A stretch of DNA of 64,000 nucleotides, from the IMG/VR virus record IMGVR_UViG_3300037516_000306, positions 1-64,000 of that record. One strand, given 5' to 3'. Positions 55,841 to 63,694 of this stretch are shown one piece after another; the first letter of the stretch is position 1, and each line of letters starts with the position of its first letter. The notes beneath the pieces are model-generated. The model did no database searches. It was not told where the DNA came from and saw only the letters and a program-made list of their open reading frames with translations. The DNA comes from a virus. The translations under genes were made by a program, and so were the position numbers.

Positions 55841-57864
55841 TATGTAAACAATTTATTTTTTGGTGTGTTAAACATTGGTCTGCTTTCTGTAAACAGCTTA
55901 TTCTTTTTGTTCTTAGTGAACATTGATTTGATTCTTACATCTTGTTCTCCTCCTATTTTTCCCATAATGGGATCTAGTTTCATAGCAAGAGCTATTGCAA
56001 GCTCTGCAGCAATGATTCTATCAAAGTTACCTGATTCATTATACTGAATCATTTCTTCTAGTAATACAGGATCAAATATCTTTGCTATACCTTTTATCTC
56101 AGACTTGATGTTTCCATCTTCATCTTTCTCTGTATGTACCACTTCTTCTGAATACTTCTTAAGACATCCATGTAAGAAGTCTCGTATTTTTTCAGATGAT
56201 CTATGTATTCCGTAATCCCTTCTAACTGTGGTATTTGGAACTATTTCTTTCAACCAGTCTGGTTGTCTTTCTAAATAATGAGCATCTCCTTTAGCTATCA
56301 TGTAATCAATGAATGATATTTCATCATTCTCACATAGAGCTCTAGCATTATAATACTTAATAAGATAGCGAGCTTGTTCTTCCCATGTTTCTTTTTTATC
56401 TGGTCTAGCACAATAGCTAGCTACAAACATATCTTGATACTTCTCTCCAGAAATAGCATGCATACGTTTGTATATATAGACAGATCCTAATGAGCTAGAA
56501 TAAGCAGATTTACCTTGTCTATAAGGGTCAATTCCTGCAACATACAATCCATATGGAGGATCTGCTATAGGAAACTCATATATCACTACAGGAGCATCTT
56601 TCTGATCACTATTCTTAAGAGGAAAGTTTGATATAGGAAGTTTATCTGTAAACTCATGTCTCACACCATCACCATCATCATATAAAACAACAGGTGTTCC
56701 TGTTCTTTCTTGTGCTAATAGTCTACTCTTCTGACGTTTAGCTGCTTCTATATCAAATATGTTTGTATCTTCATTCAAGAATATATCATCCACTTCTTGT
56801 GGGTAATACATTTTCTCTTTTAAATAAGCTAGTCTATCACCAGCTTTCTTTAATCTTTCAAGATTATCATTTGTAATCTTATCTGCTGTCTCTTGATTAG
56901 AGACTAACATCTTTACATTATGTAACTCAGAATCTGCTGGTTGTTCTAGAAAAGCTCCAAGAGTGGAATCTTCTTTAGCTTCCATTCTATACTTATGTGA
57001 AATAAATAGTCCATGGATTCTTTGATCATCCTTAGCACTATTGTATTCCAGAAAGTTAAAGTTCTGAACGTCAAACATTAAGCTCTTTGCGTCCATGAAG
57101 TTTTGCATATCTCCACCTGTACCTGTAAGAATTGGAGAACATCCCCAACCAAATGGTGTGGTGAAACCTGGTGTAGCAGCTTGTAATCCTCTGAGGAAAT
57201 TACCCTTACCTATCTCATCAATAATAAGCCTTCTTGGTTTTGTACCTGCAATAGCCTCTTCATTGTTACCACCATCTAAGTTACGAATAAGGATCTGAGA
57301 AAAGGGGATTCTCTCTCCTGCTTTTGTCTTGATCCCTAATGTAACTTGGTTTTTCCAGTTGTCTTCTACCCTCTGCCATCTCCAGGCTTCTGGTAAGAAG
57401 TTTAATCCTTTGTCAATCTTATCTGTGATAAGCTTTATATCGGGAGCATTTAGTCCTGCAATAATGTTCTGGGAGTTCTCATCGAACGTTGCACCATGAC
57501 CTATATAGGAGCTCTCAATTACTGACTTAGCTAAACGACGAATACCTAGTATTACTAGGCCTTTCTTTTCTGTATGTGCTCTATCTATTTCGTTTGTTAT
57601 AATCCACTCGTTATCACGTAGATATGGATTAGCATATTTCTGTGATATTCTACCTCTGTCATCTATCATATCTACCTCTGTATTCCAGAAGTTTAAATGC
57701 CAATATAGAAAAGGATTGATATAAACTCCTCCCATTGTACAACCATCGATGCACAGTTGTTTATGAAAAGCATAGAATTCCCTATACTCCTCTGAATCTT
57801 TTGAGGGAACTCTCTTCTGGTTGATAAACCAGTCTTTATAATCAATACTTTGTAATCCATCCAT
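55840..57864 (-). CDS. terL: Terminase large subunit
   Basis: Walker A-like RRLAKS, Walker B LIIDEIG, TGTGG, RNase H-fold GIDPY and NFDRIIA. Confidence 0.9.
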   Translation of the reverse strand: MDGLQSIDYKDWFINQKRVPSKDSEEYREFYAFHKQLCIDGCTMGGVYINPFLYWHLNFWNTEVDMIDDRGRISQKYANPYLRDNEWIITNEIDRAHTEKKGLVILGIRRLAKSVIESSYIGHGATFDENSQNIIAGLNAPDIKLITDKIDKGLNFLPEAWRWQRVEDNWKNQVTLGIKTKAGERIPFSQILIRNLDGGNNEEAIAGTKPRRLIIDEIGKGNFLRGLQAATPGFTTPFGWGCSPILTGTGGDMQNFMDAKSLMFDVQNFNFLEYNSAKDDQRIHGLFISHKYRMEAKEDSTLGAFLEQPADSELHNVKMLVSNQETADKITNDNLERLKKAGDRLAYLKEKMYYPQEVDDIFLNEDTNIFDIEAAKRQKSRLLAQERTGTPVVLYDDGDGVRHEFTDKLPISNFPLKNSDQKDAPVVIYEFPIADPPYGLYVAGIDPYRQGKSAYSSSLGSVYIYKRMHAISGEKYQDMFVASYCARPDKKETWEEQARYLIKYYNARALCENDEISFIDYMIAKGDAHYLERQPDWLKEIVPNTTVRRDYGIHRSSEKIRDFLHGCLKKYSEEVVHTEKDEDGNIKSEIKGIAKIFDPVLLEEMIQYNESGNFDRIIAAELAIALAMKLDPIMGKIGGEQDVRIKSMFTKNKKNKLFTESRPMFNTPKNKLFT

Positions 57865-58196
57865 TATTTTCTACCCTTTAAGAAATCTTCTGCCATACTT
57901 CCTAGCTCAGCACCACCTCTTACAGGTACCACCTTTGCTTCTTCTTTCTCTCTGAGTTTCTCAACTTGCTCTAATAGAGCTAGATAGTTTTTCATTGTCT
58001 CTTGTACAAACTTACCTTGTGCTTCAATAGATGCAATCACCATAGGCATTGCTCCACCAGCTTTGGTTTCTTTCCATTTGATTCTATCCTCTAATGTATG
58101 TAAAGGATTAGCATCAACGTATTGCTTCCAGGTTGATAATTGTTCTTCAGCCCATTCAAGTTCTGCTGCTATATATGTAGTTTTCTTTAATGCCAT
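57864..58196 (-). CDS. Putative terminase small subunit
   Basis: Immediately upstream of and overlapping terL; helical; C-term VRGG. Confidence 0.45.
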   Translation of the reverse strand: MALKKTTYIAAELEWAEEQLSTWKQYVDANPLHTLEDRIKWKETKAGGAMPMVIASIEAQGKFVQETMKNYLALLEQVEKLREKEEAKVVPVRGGAELGSMAEDFLKGRK

Positions 58197-58207
58197 TGTT
58201 TTGTTTT

Positions 58208-58483
58208 TTAGTATTCCTCCTCTTCAAACATGCTGTCTAAATTCATGCCATCTTTTATTATCTCCTCTATTTCTTCATCATCTAGATGAGGCCCATCTAT
58301 ATTGAGTTCTATTTCATACTTCTGTATAGCATATAAAAACTCTCTGTCACTCACTCCCCATACATCTGTATATTCATCCAATGCTGTGGAAATGTGTCTT
58401 CCCATATTATACGTAGGATAGGCTTTTTGTAAGCGTACCAATGTCTGTATAATTTGACGATAATAGTTAGGTTGTTTTGCCAT
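58208..58483 (-). CDS. Hypothetical protein
   Basis: Tightly packed co-oriented ORF. Confidence 0.6.
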   Translation of the reverse strand: MAKQPNYYRQIIQTLVRLQKAYPTYNMGRHISTALDEYTDVWGVSDREFLYAIQKYEIELNIDGPHLDDEEIEEIIKDGMNLDSMFEEEEY

Positions 58484-58743
58484 TATATTAATTCATTTAT
58501 ATCATCTTCAGATAGAGAAGGTTTGTCTTCTTCCTCTTCTTCTCCTTGCATATCCACTTCTATCTCTATTTCACTATCATCTGACATGTACTCAGGCTTC
58601 ACTGTTATCTTTATAACATCCATTGATCCTTCTTCTCTTTCATCTTGCTGTCCTGATATATCAATAAAATCAGCTCCTTCTTCAAATAGATTTGTAAGAA
58701 TTTGTATAAGTCCCTCTAGTGGTATTTTACGTAGTGAGTTCAT
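58483..58743 (-). CDS. Acidic hypothetical protein
   Basis: Tightly packed co-oriented ORF. Confidence 0.6.
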   Translation of the reverse strand: MNSLRKIPLEGLIQILTNLFEEGADFIDISGQQDEREEGSMDVIKITVKPEYMSDDSEIEIEVDMQGEEEEEDKPSLSEDDINELI

Positions 58744-59002
58744 CTGGTAATGATTGTGCTACCCATTTCTTGAATGGGCATTCGCATGTTAAACATTTTG
58801 TTTTTGCAGATAGTGTACATCCGCATTCTGCACAATGTGCATCTGGTCTCATACTCTTATAATCCTTCTTATTAGAAGAATGCTCTTCACATGCATTACA
58901 TATAGCTAGTCTTTCTTGACTAACATGTTCTATAAAAGCTTTTTCTTTTTCTTCAGGGAGAAGGTGATTCTTCCATCCCTCATATATCTGTTTTAGACTC
59001 AT
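58727..59002 (-). CDS. Cys-rich zinc-binding protein
   Basis: RLAICNACE...CAECGCTLSAKTKC...CPFKKW. Confidence 0.65.
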   Translation of the reverse strand: MSLKQIYEGWKNHLLPEEKEKAFIEHVSQERLAICNACEEHSSNKKDYKSMRPDAHCAECGCTLSAKTKCLTCECPFKKWVAQSLPDELTT

Positions 59003-59342
59003 TCATTTTTGGTTTTAATGTTTTGATATCTGTTAACGCTGTATTCAATCTTAGTTGTGTAGAATGTTTCTTCTTATCTGTAACATCTGGATCAGCTAAT
59101 GTATTCTCATAAGCTTGTTTCATTTGTAAAAGCTTATTATATTGTGTAAGTGCTTTCTTCTTATTAAACAAAAACTTACCAAACCCCGAAATCTCTATTG
59201 TATCATTTGTATTAAGAGCATCATTGGCAGAATCAAACTGATGGTTCACTACTTGGTCAATTGTCTTTTCTGATATGACCATGTTAATCGACATCTTCTT
59301 AATTATCCACTCCTTCACTGACATTGTTGATGGCTTCTCCAT
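58980..59342 (-). CDS. HU/IHF-family DNA-binding protein
   Basis: DALNTNDTIEISGFGKF signature. Confidence 0.7.
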   Translation of the reverse strand: MEKPSTMSVKEWIIKKMSINMVISEKTIDQVVNHQFDSANDALNTNDTIEISGFGKFLFNKKKALTQYNKLLQMKQAYENTLADPDVTDKKKHSTQLRLNTALTDIKTLKPKMNESKTDI

Positions 59343-59673
59343 GTAATAGTTTTATTTCTAACGTTATATCTTTCTTGAAATCAATAGTGATGATTGGATT
59401 AACCTTCACCTTACCATTCTCTTTAATGAATATACCTATCTTCTTAAGCTTAGAGATGATGTTGTTAATAGATGGAGATGTACTATTATATGTCTTACAG
59501 AATTCTTCTCTTACATTAGCATATGTAATGTTACCTTTAATAGCTGTAAAAGATATGAGTTGTATTTCTCTCTCTGTTAGATGTAGATTGTTTATAGCAG
59601 ATAGTATAGAATAGTATTTCTCTGCTAATTGTATATCAGTCTGTACATCTTTTTTAAGTCTTTGTACTATCAT
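59299..59673 (-). CDS. Winged-HTH DNA-binding protein, first gene of the late region
   Basis: LTEREIQL...SINNIISKLKKIGIFIKENGKVKVNP. Confidence 0.65.
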   Translation of the reverse strand: MIVQRLKKDVQTDIQLAEKYYSILSAINNLHLTEREIQLISFTAIKGNITYANVREEFCKTYNSTSPSINNIISKLKKIGIFIKENGKVKVNPIITIDFKKDITLEIKLLHGEAINNVSEGVDN

Positions 59674-59692
59674 AATTTAGTTTTCTATTTTA

Positions 59693-59700
59693 CAAAGATA
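59693..59700 (-). promoter_or_regulatory. sigma-A -7 element TATCTTTG
   Basis: TAnnTTTG, 19 nt upstream of the wHTH gene. Confidence 0.6.
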
Positions 59701-60086
59701 GAAAATAAAAATATACAATCAACATATATAGATAAAATATTTATTCCAATGCTATATTATGAAATATTTCTCTATAGATGTATAGAAGATAACCAGGCCC
59801 AACCACCACCCCAAAGGTATGACATATTTTATATATCTACCAAACTTTTTTTCTAAAATTTTTTTCAAAACTTAGAAACCCTTTGTGTGTATGGGTGTGT
59901 AGACCTATCCATACCAAGACCCCCCATAACAAATTGAGAGTTGGGACTACCCCCCATCAATCAGGTGTTGTGAGCCTAAAATCATCCACGTAAAATCATT
60001 ACTTTACAGAAAGTAATAGTTCTACGTAGGCAGGGAGTGCAAGCCCTGTCTTATTATTATTATTATTAATCTAATACATAAACATT

Positions 60087-60329
60087 ATGAAACTATTTGC
60101 TTACTACAGACAAGACCACAATGGTTTTGCTTTATTCTTTAACCATTGTAACACAGTACAAAGAGTGGTTGTGGAAGATGTTAGTGGTCTTAAACATCTA
60201 TTGTTGACTAATCCTTTATTACTACAACTTAATAGTGATAGTATGAAAGAGGCTACAGAAACATTGATAGACATAACTCTTTTTAATATAATACCACAAA
60301 AGGACATTGAAGGAATGATAGCGTTGTAA
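60087..60329 (+). CDS. Hypothetical early protein
   Basis: First ORF after the strand switch; AT-rich leader. Confidence 0.6.
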   Translation: MKLFAYYRQDHNGFALFFNHCNTVQRVVVEDVSGLKHLLLTNPLLLQLNSDSMKEATETLIDITLFNIIPQKDIEGMIAL

Positions 60330-60465
60330 CAAACGCTATTGGTTCTCTCCTATAAGGAGTCTTCATCCAACCAAAACCTATTCTCTTTGAGTATCATCCA
60401 TCCCAAAACCTTTTTCACACATCGAGTACATAAATCATTAATAACAATTAAAAACAGAAAACAAA

Positions 60466-60867
60466 ATGAAAAATTACGTAATCAACAATGGTGCTTTTAC
60501 AGCAAATGGTAACTTCAGTGGATACACCGCTCTTGGTGTTAGAGTTCACTTACACAAACGTCAAATGAATGCATTAGGCTGGGAACAAACAGCAGACGTT
60601 GCTTTTCCTTTCTTCTGCATTGCAGAGACTAAACAAATTGGTTCACTAGACGCTAGTGGTAATCCTGTTATGGACAACAATGGTGTTGAAATCAAATCAG
60701 ACAGACTAACTGCTTTGAGTGCTTTCAAAACTAAAGGGGAAATCACACAGGCTCATGCTGACAGTTCTTTACTAGACGTTGAAATTCAACAAGCTATTAG
60801 AACACAGGCTAGTTCTGCAGGATTAAGCGAGAATGCAATCAACACACTTGCTAACGCATCATTCTAA
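60466..60867 (+). CDS. Hypothetical early protein, probably highly expressed
   Basis: A-rich leader; followed by a terminator. Confidence 0.75.
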   Translation: MKNYVINNGAFTANGNFSGYTALGVRVHLHKRQMNALGWEQTADVAFPFFCIAETKQIGSLDASGNPVMDNNGVEIKSDRLTALSAFKTKGEITQAHADSSLLDVEIQQAIRTQASSAGLSENAINTLANASF

Positions 60868-60877
60868 TGTAACACAC

Positions 60878-60913
60878 AGAGAGGCTATTCACAACGAATA
60901 GCTTCTCTTTGTT
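60878..60913 (+). terminator. Intrinsic terminator
   Basis: AGAGAGGCTATTC-ACAAC-GAATAGCTTCTCT-TTGTT. Confidence 0.75.
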
Positions 60914-61217
60914 ATTATATATAAGGGTGGGATTATAAAATTGGGTGGGCTTAATATAAAAACAAACTTTCTTCCTATATATATAGGTAAAAACTTGCTA
61001 TTGATATGCGAGTTGTATAATAAACTATTAAGTCAAAGGTACATTGGATTGTATCATTTACTGAATACCTATATATATATAGAATAAAACTTTTTACGAG
61101 GGAGAAAAAAACTTTTTGTGTGTATAATATTATAGCAGTGGATACATAAGCAACATAAAAGGCCTTGGATAACAAAAGGAAAAATCAACCAACATAAATA
61201 ATATATATAGCATTACA

Positions 61218-61418
61218 ATGGAAATAACAATCAACAAAGGTACAAATGATGTCATTATGGACATAGAAGATCTTATAGTCTTATTAGAATATAAACTTAT
61301 TGCTCTTAATAGATATAAAGATGATGGGTTAGATGTTTCTTTACAAATTATAAATACACAGAAGAGTCATATACATTTACAAGAATATCTTTTATCTCTA
61401 TATAAAGAAGAAGAATAA
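61218..61418 (+). CDS. Hypothetical early protein
   Basis: ATG ORF with A-rich leader. Confidence 0.55.
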   Translation: MEITINKGTNDVIMDIEDLIVLLEYKLIALNRYKDDGLDVSLQIINTQKSHIHLQEYLLSLYKEEE

Positions 61419-61444
61419 TTAGCTCTCTTACGGGCTTAACCAAA

Positions 61445-61509
61445 ATACACATCACATGTTCGCAGGCTATAAACCTACATTCTGTAAAGCATGGTTTAGT
61501 GGTGTGTAT
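61445..61509 (+). ncRNA. Pseudoknot-containing RNA candidate
   Basis: 11-bp outer stem, inner stem, and loop TAAACC complementary to the linker GGTTTA. Confidence 0.4.
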
Positions 61510-61537
61510 ATTTTTAACCTCCTTAATAATAAACAAT

Positions 61538-61855
61538 ATGAGAAACGCTAAAGAAGAATTTTTAAGTATGGTAGGTAGCACTGAATTGTTATGTGCTGAG
61601 ATATCTTACCAAGATTGTTGGGATCGTGAATCACCAGGTTCTGAACATAAATTACCTGTTGGATATACAGAAGAACAATACAATAGTTTTGTTGAGTCAT
61701 TAGATTTTGAATATGATTCAGGATATGGTGGACAAGAACTATTTGGTTGTATTTGGTTCAAAGATGGTACATGGGCAGATAGAGGTGAATATGATGGAAG
61801 TGAATGGTGGCAACATCATGAATGTCCTGTTGTTCCTAAGTCATTACTATTTTAA
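61538..61855 (+). CDS. Hypothetical phage protein (start probably ATG 61538 rather than 61499)
   Basis: YDSGYGGQELFGCIWFKDGTWADRGEYDGSEWW; leader CCTTAATAATAAACAAT. Confidence 0.75.
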   Translation: MRNAKEEFLSMVGSTELLCAEISYQDCWDRESPGSEHKLPVGYTEEQYNSFVESLDFEYDSGYGGQELFGCIWFKDGTWADRGEYDGSEWWQHHECPVVPKSLLF

Positions 61856-62162
61856 CAATACTAGTACACAATGTAGAGAACATTCTTTCACATTTATATT
61901 GTGTTAACAACCAGCCACTGTATAATCCAAGGATTAGGTGTGGAGAAAGATGCAACGTATAAATGATATTAGCTTACCCATCGTGGTCCAATAAACAGCT
62001 ATTATCAATGTGCAATTACGTTGTAAAAAGAACTTGCTTTATATAATATCATCTGAGATGAAGAATGCGCTTAGTACTGAGCAAGCAAGCTGTTCATATA
62101 AAACAGGTAGCAGATGATCTTATATAACAAACGTTTAAATATTAATCCTTAATAACAAACAA

Positions 62163-62282
62163 ATGAAAAATTCAAAAACTTATGCTATTGTAGCATTATT
62201 ACTTATTGCTCTTGCATTAGAGAGCTGTGCATCACGTTGTGGTCAACAAAGAAGATATTGGTCTAAACATAGAGCAGTATGA
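62163..62282 (+). CDS. 39-aa putative lipoprotein
   Basis: MKNSK, hydrophobic core, lipobox-like LES-C. Confidence 0.6.
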   Translation: MKNSKTYAIVALLLIALALESCASRCGQQRRYWSKHRAV

Positions 62283-62395
62283 TAACGATATGCATCATGC
62301 CTAATTTCAAAGGCACAAGACAGGAACATTGTCAAGCACTATTTATATGTCTATTCTTAGATATGGTATACTTAGTGCCATTATTAATCTTATAA
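62279..62395 (+). CDS. 38-aa hydrophobic peptide
   Basis: ATGA overlap with the preceding ORF. Confidence 0.45.
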   Translation: MITICIMPNFKGTRQEHCQALFICLFLDMVYLVPLLIL

Positions 62396-62405
62396 CTTAT
62401 ACATT

Positions 62406-62570
62406 ATGATTACATTGTATATTATTATCACATACCTGGTTAATCTGGGTATGATGATAGCATCATTTAAAGATGCTTCAAGAATATCAGCAGAATCTTG
62501 GTTCGTATTATTTATTAGTCCAATCACATGTCCAATCATCATTGGTATGACAATAGCAGATAAAGAATAA
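62406..62570 (+). CDS. 54-aa membrane protein
   Basis: Two hydrophobic segments; TAATG overlap with the next gene. Confidence 0.55.
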   Translation: MITLYIIITYLVNLGMMIASFKDASRISAESWFVLFISPITCPIIIGMTIADKE

Positions 62571-62785
62571 TGAGTGAGTCAAGTAGAATACTAGTAGAAC
62601 TTGTAGAAGCTCAGGAGAGTGCATTACAAACAGCAAATGAGTTGTTAACTGTAAAAGATGAACTAATAGAACTATTACAAGATGAGATTACATTACGTAA
62701 GAAACAAAATGTTGCTCTATGTGGTGTAATGATAACATGTTTTGTTGTATTTGGATTTATCGCTTCAATATATCGTATATTATGA
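62570..62785 (+). CDS. Coiled-coil protein with a C-terminal TM helix
   Basis: Heptads, then ALCGVMITCFVVFGFIASIY. Confidence 0.65.
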   Translation: MSESSRILVELVEAQESALQTANELLTVKDELIELLQDEITLRKKQNVALCGVMITCFVVFGFIASIYRIL

Positions 62786-62937
62786 GACGTAGAATACAGA
62801 GAGGCACATTAGTTGGTTCAACTGACAGGTTTAGAGCAATCAAGTCTAGAAGAATGATTGTTGAAGTGTTATATAATTTCAGACATGGGATTATAAAAGA
62901 ACGTACAATAGATGTACGAGAAAGTATTGAACAGTAA
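62782..62937 (+). CDS. 51-aa basic protein (MRRRIQRG...)
   Basis: ATGA overlap; a better start than 62719. Confidence 0.5.
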   Translation: MRRRIQRGTLVGSTDRFRAIKSRRMIVEVLYNFRHGIIKERTIDVRESIEQ

Positions 62938-62953
62938 ATAATTTGGTTAATTG

Positions 62954-62985
62954 TTTGTTTTATTTATCCCTGTAGATTATATTTG
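62954..62985 (+). promoter_or_regulatory. sigma-A promoter TTTG-N20-TATATTTG upstream of the tmRNA
   Basis: Exact Bacteroidota consensus. Confidence 0.7.
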
Positions 62986-63105
62986 CAGGGATATTTATTA
63001 AAAAGGTGCTTGTAACTAATCTTACAAATGATTATATGTCGTACAAGCTAAGTACTATTCGTGAAGCCTTAGTGGTCTTGCATCCACATTAAACTTGCAA
63101 GATTT

Positions 63106-63427
63106 GGGGGTGACTGGTTTTGACAGGTTACCAATAATTAGTACAATCAGCCAGAGAGATAACTGTAAACTAAGGTGAATTGATTAAATGGCAAAAACAC
63201 AAGTCGTGTAGTGTCTCTAGGAGATAACGCACAAGTAGAAGCTAACATGAACAAAGTATTCTCTCTATTGGGAGAAGAAGTTGCTGTAGCAGCCTAAATT
63301 AATGAGATTTCTCTATTAGATTAAATAGAGTGGTGGATTATCTCAAGCCTAGCTTGACCCTAAATAAGCTGTATAAATTGTATTAATGAACGTAGTTTGG
63401 ACAGGAGTTCGACTCTCCTCACCTCCA
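63106..63427 (+). ncRNA. ssrA: tmRNA; tag GKNTSRVVSLGDNAQVEANMNKVFSLLGEEVAVAA* (63190-63297)
   Basis: 5' GGGGGTGACTGGTTTTGACAG; acceptor stem GGGGGTG/CACCTCC-A with G3.U70; T-arm AGGAG-TTCGACT-CTCCT; TTAAAT resume context; tag ends in AA; 3' CCA not encoded. Confidence 0.92.
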
Positions 63428-63431
63428 CAAT

Positions 63432-63460
63432 AAGCCTCTGTAACAAGAGGCTTTTTTATT
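63432..63460 (+). terminator. Intrinsic terminator after the tmRNA
   Basis: AAGCCTCT-GTAACA-AGAGGCTT-TTTTATT. Confidence 0.85.
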
Positions 63461-63485
63461 TATAAATCCTTAATAATTAAAAAAC

Positions 63486-63632
63486 ATGAAGACAATCACA
63501 TTAAAACCAACTGAGTTCTATCAGTTCAGACAATTAGCATTTGCAATGAGTATTGCATTTGCATGTACAATAGCACAAGGTGTGTATATTGTAGAAGCCA
63601 ATATAGACCAACTTAAACAGTTGGGTTATTAA
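63486..63632 (+). CDS. 48-aa hypothetical protein
   Basis: MKTITLKPTEF...LKQLGY; AATCCTTAATAA leader. Confidence 0.6.
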   Translation: MKTITLKPTEFYQFRQLAFAMSIAFACTIAQGVYIVEANIDQLKQLGY

Positions 63633-63645
63633 GGAGGAGAATTAT

Positions 63646-63674
63646 GGGCTCTGTAACAGGAGCCCTTATTCTTT
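63646..63674 (+). terminator. Terminator-like hairpin
   Basis: GGGCTCT-GTAACA-GGAGCCC-TTATTCTTT. Confidence 0.6.
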
Positions 63675-63694
63675 AATCTAAAGCAAATAATATT

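Noticed and set aside
55840-57864. Intein or intron in terL (common in crAss-like phages)
   Set aside because: Continuous 674-aa ORF with no visible intein or homing-endonuclease motifs
4337-58750. Numerous plus-strand ORFs antisense to the late genes
   Set aside because: Antisense shadows with Ser/Leu/Ile/Phe bias and no motifs, lying within well-supported genes
3877-59673. Stop-codon reassignment as in some gut crAss phages
   Set aside because: Very long ORFs are intact under the standard code, TAG ends the 1635-aa gene, the muzzle splits use TAA, and no suppressor tRNA is seen
62048-62118. Hammerhead ribozyme
   Set aside because: A three-way junction is present, but the CUGANGA and GAAA core sequences are not matched in the right positions
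63399-63430. Stand-alone tRNA gene
   Set aside because: The T-arm and acceptor strand pair with 63106-63112 as part of the tmRNA; there is no anticodon arm
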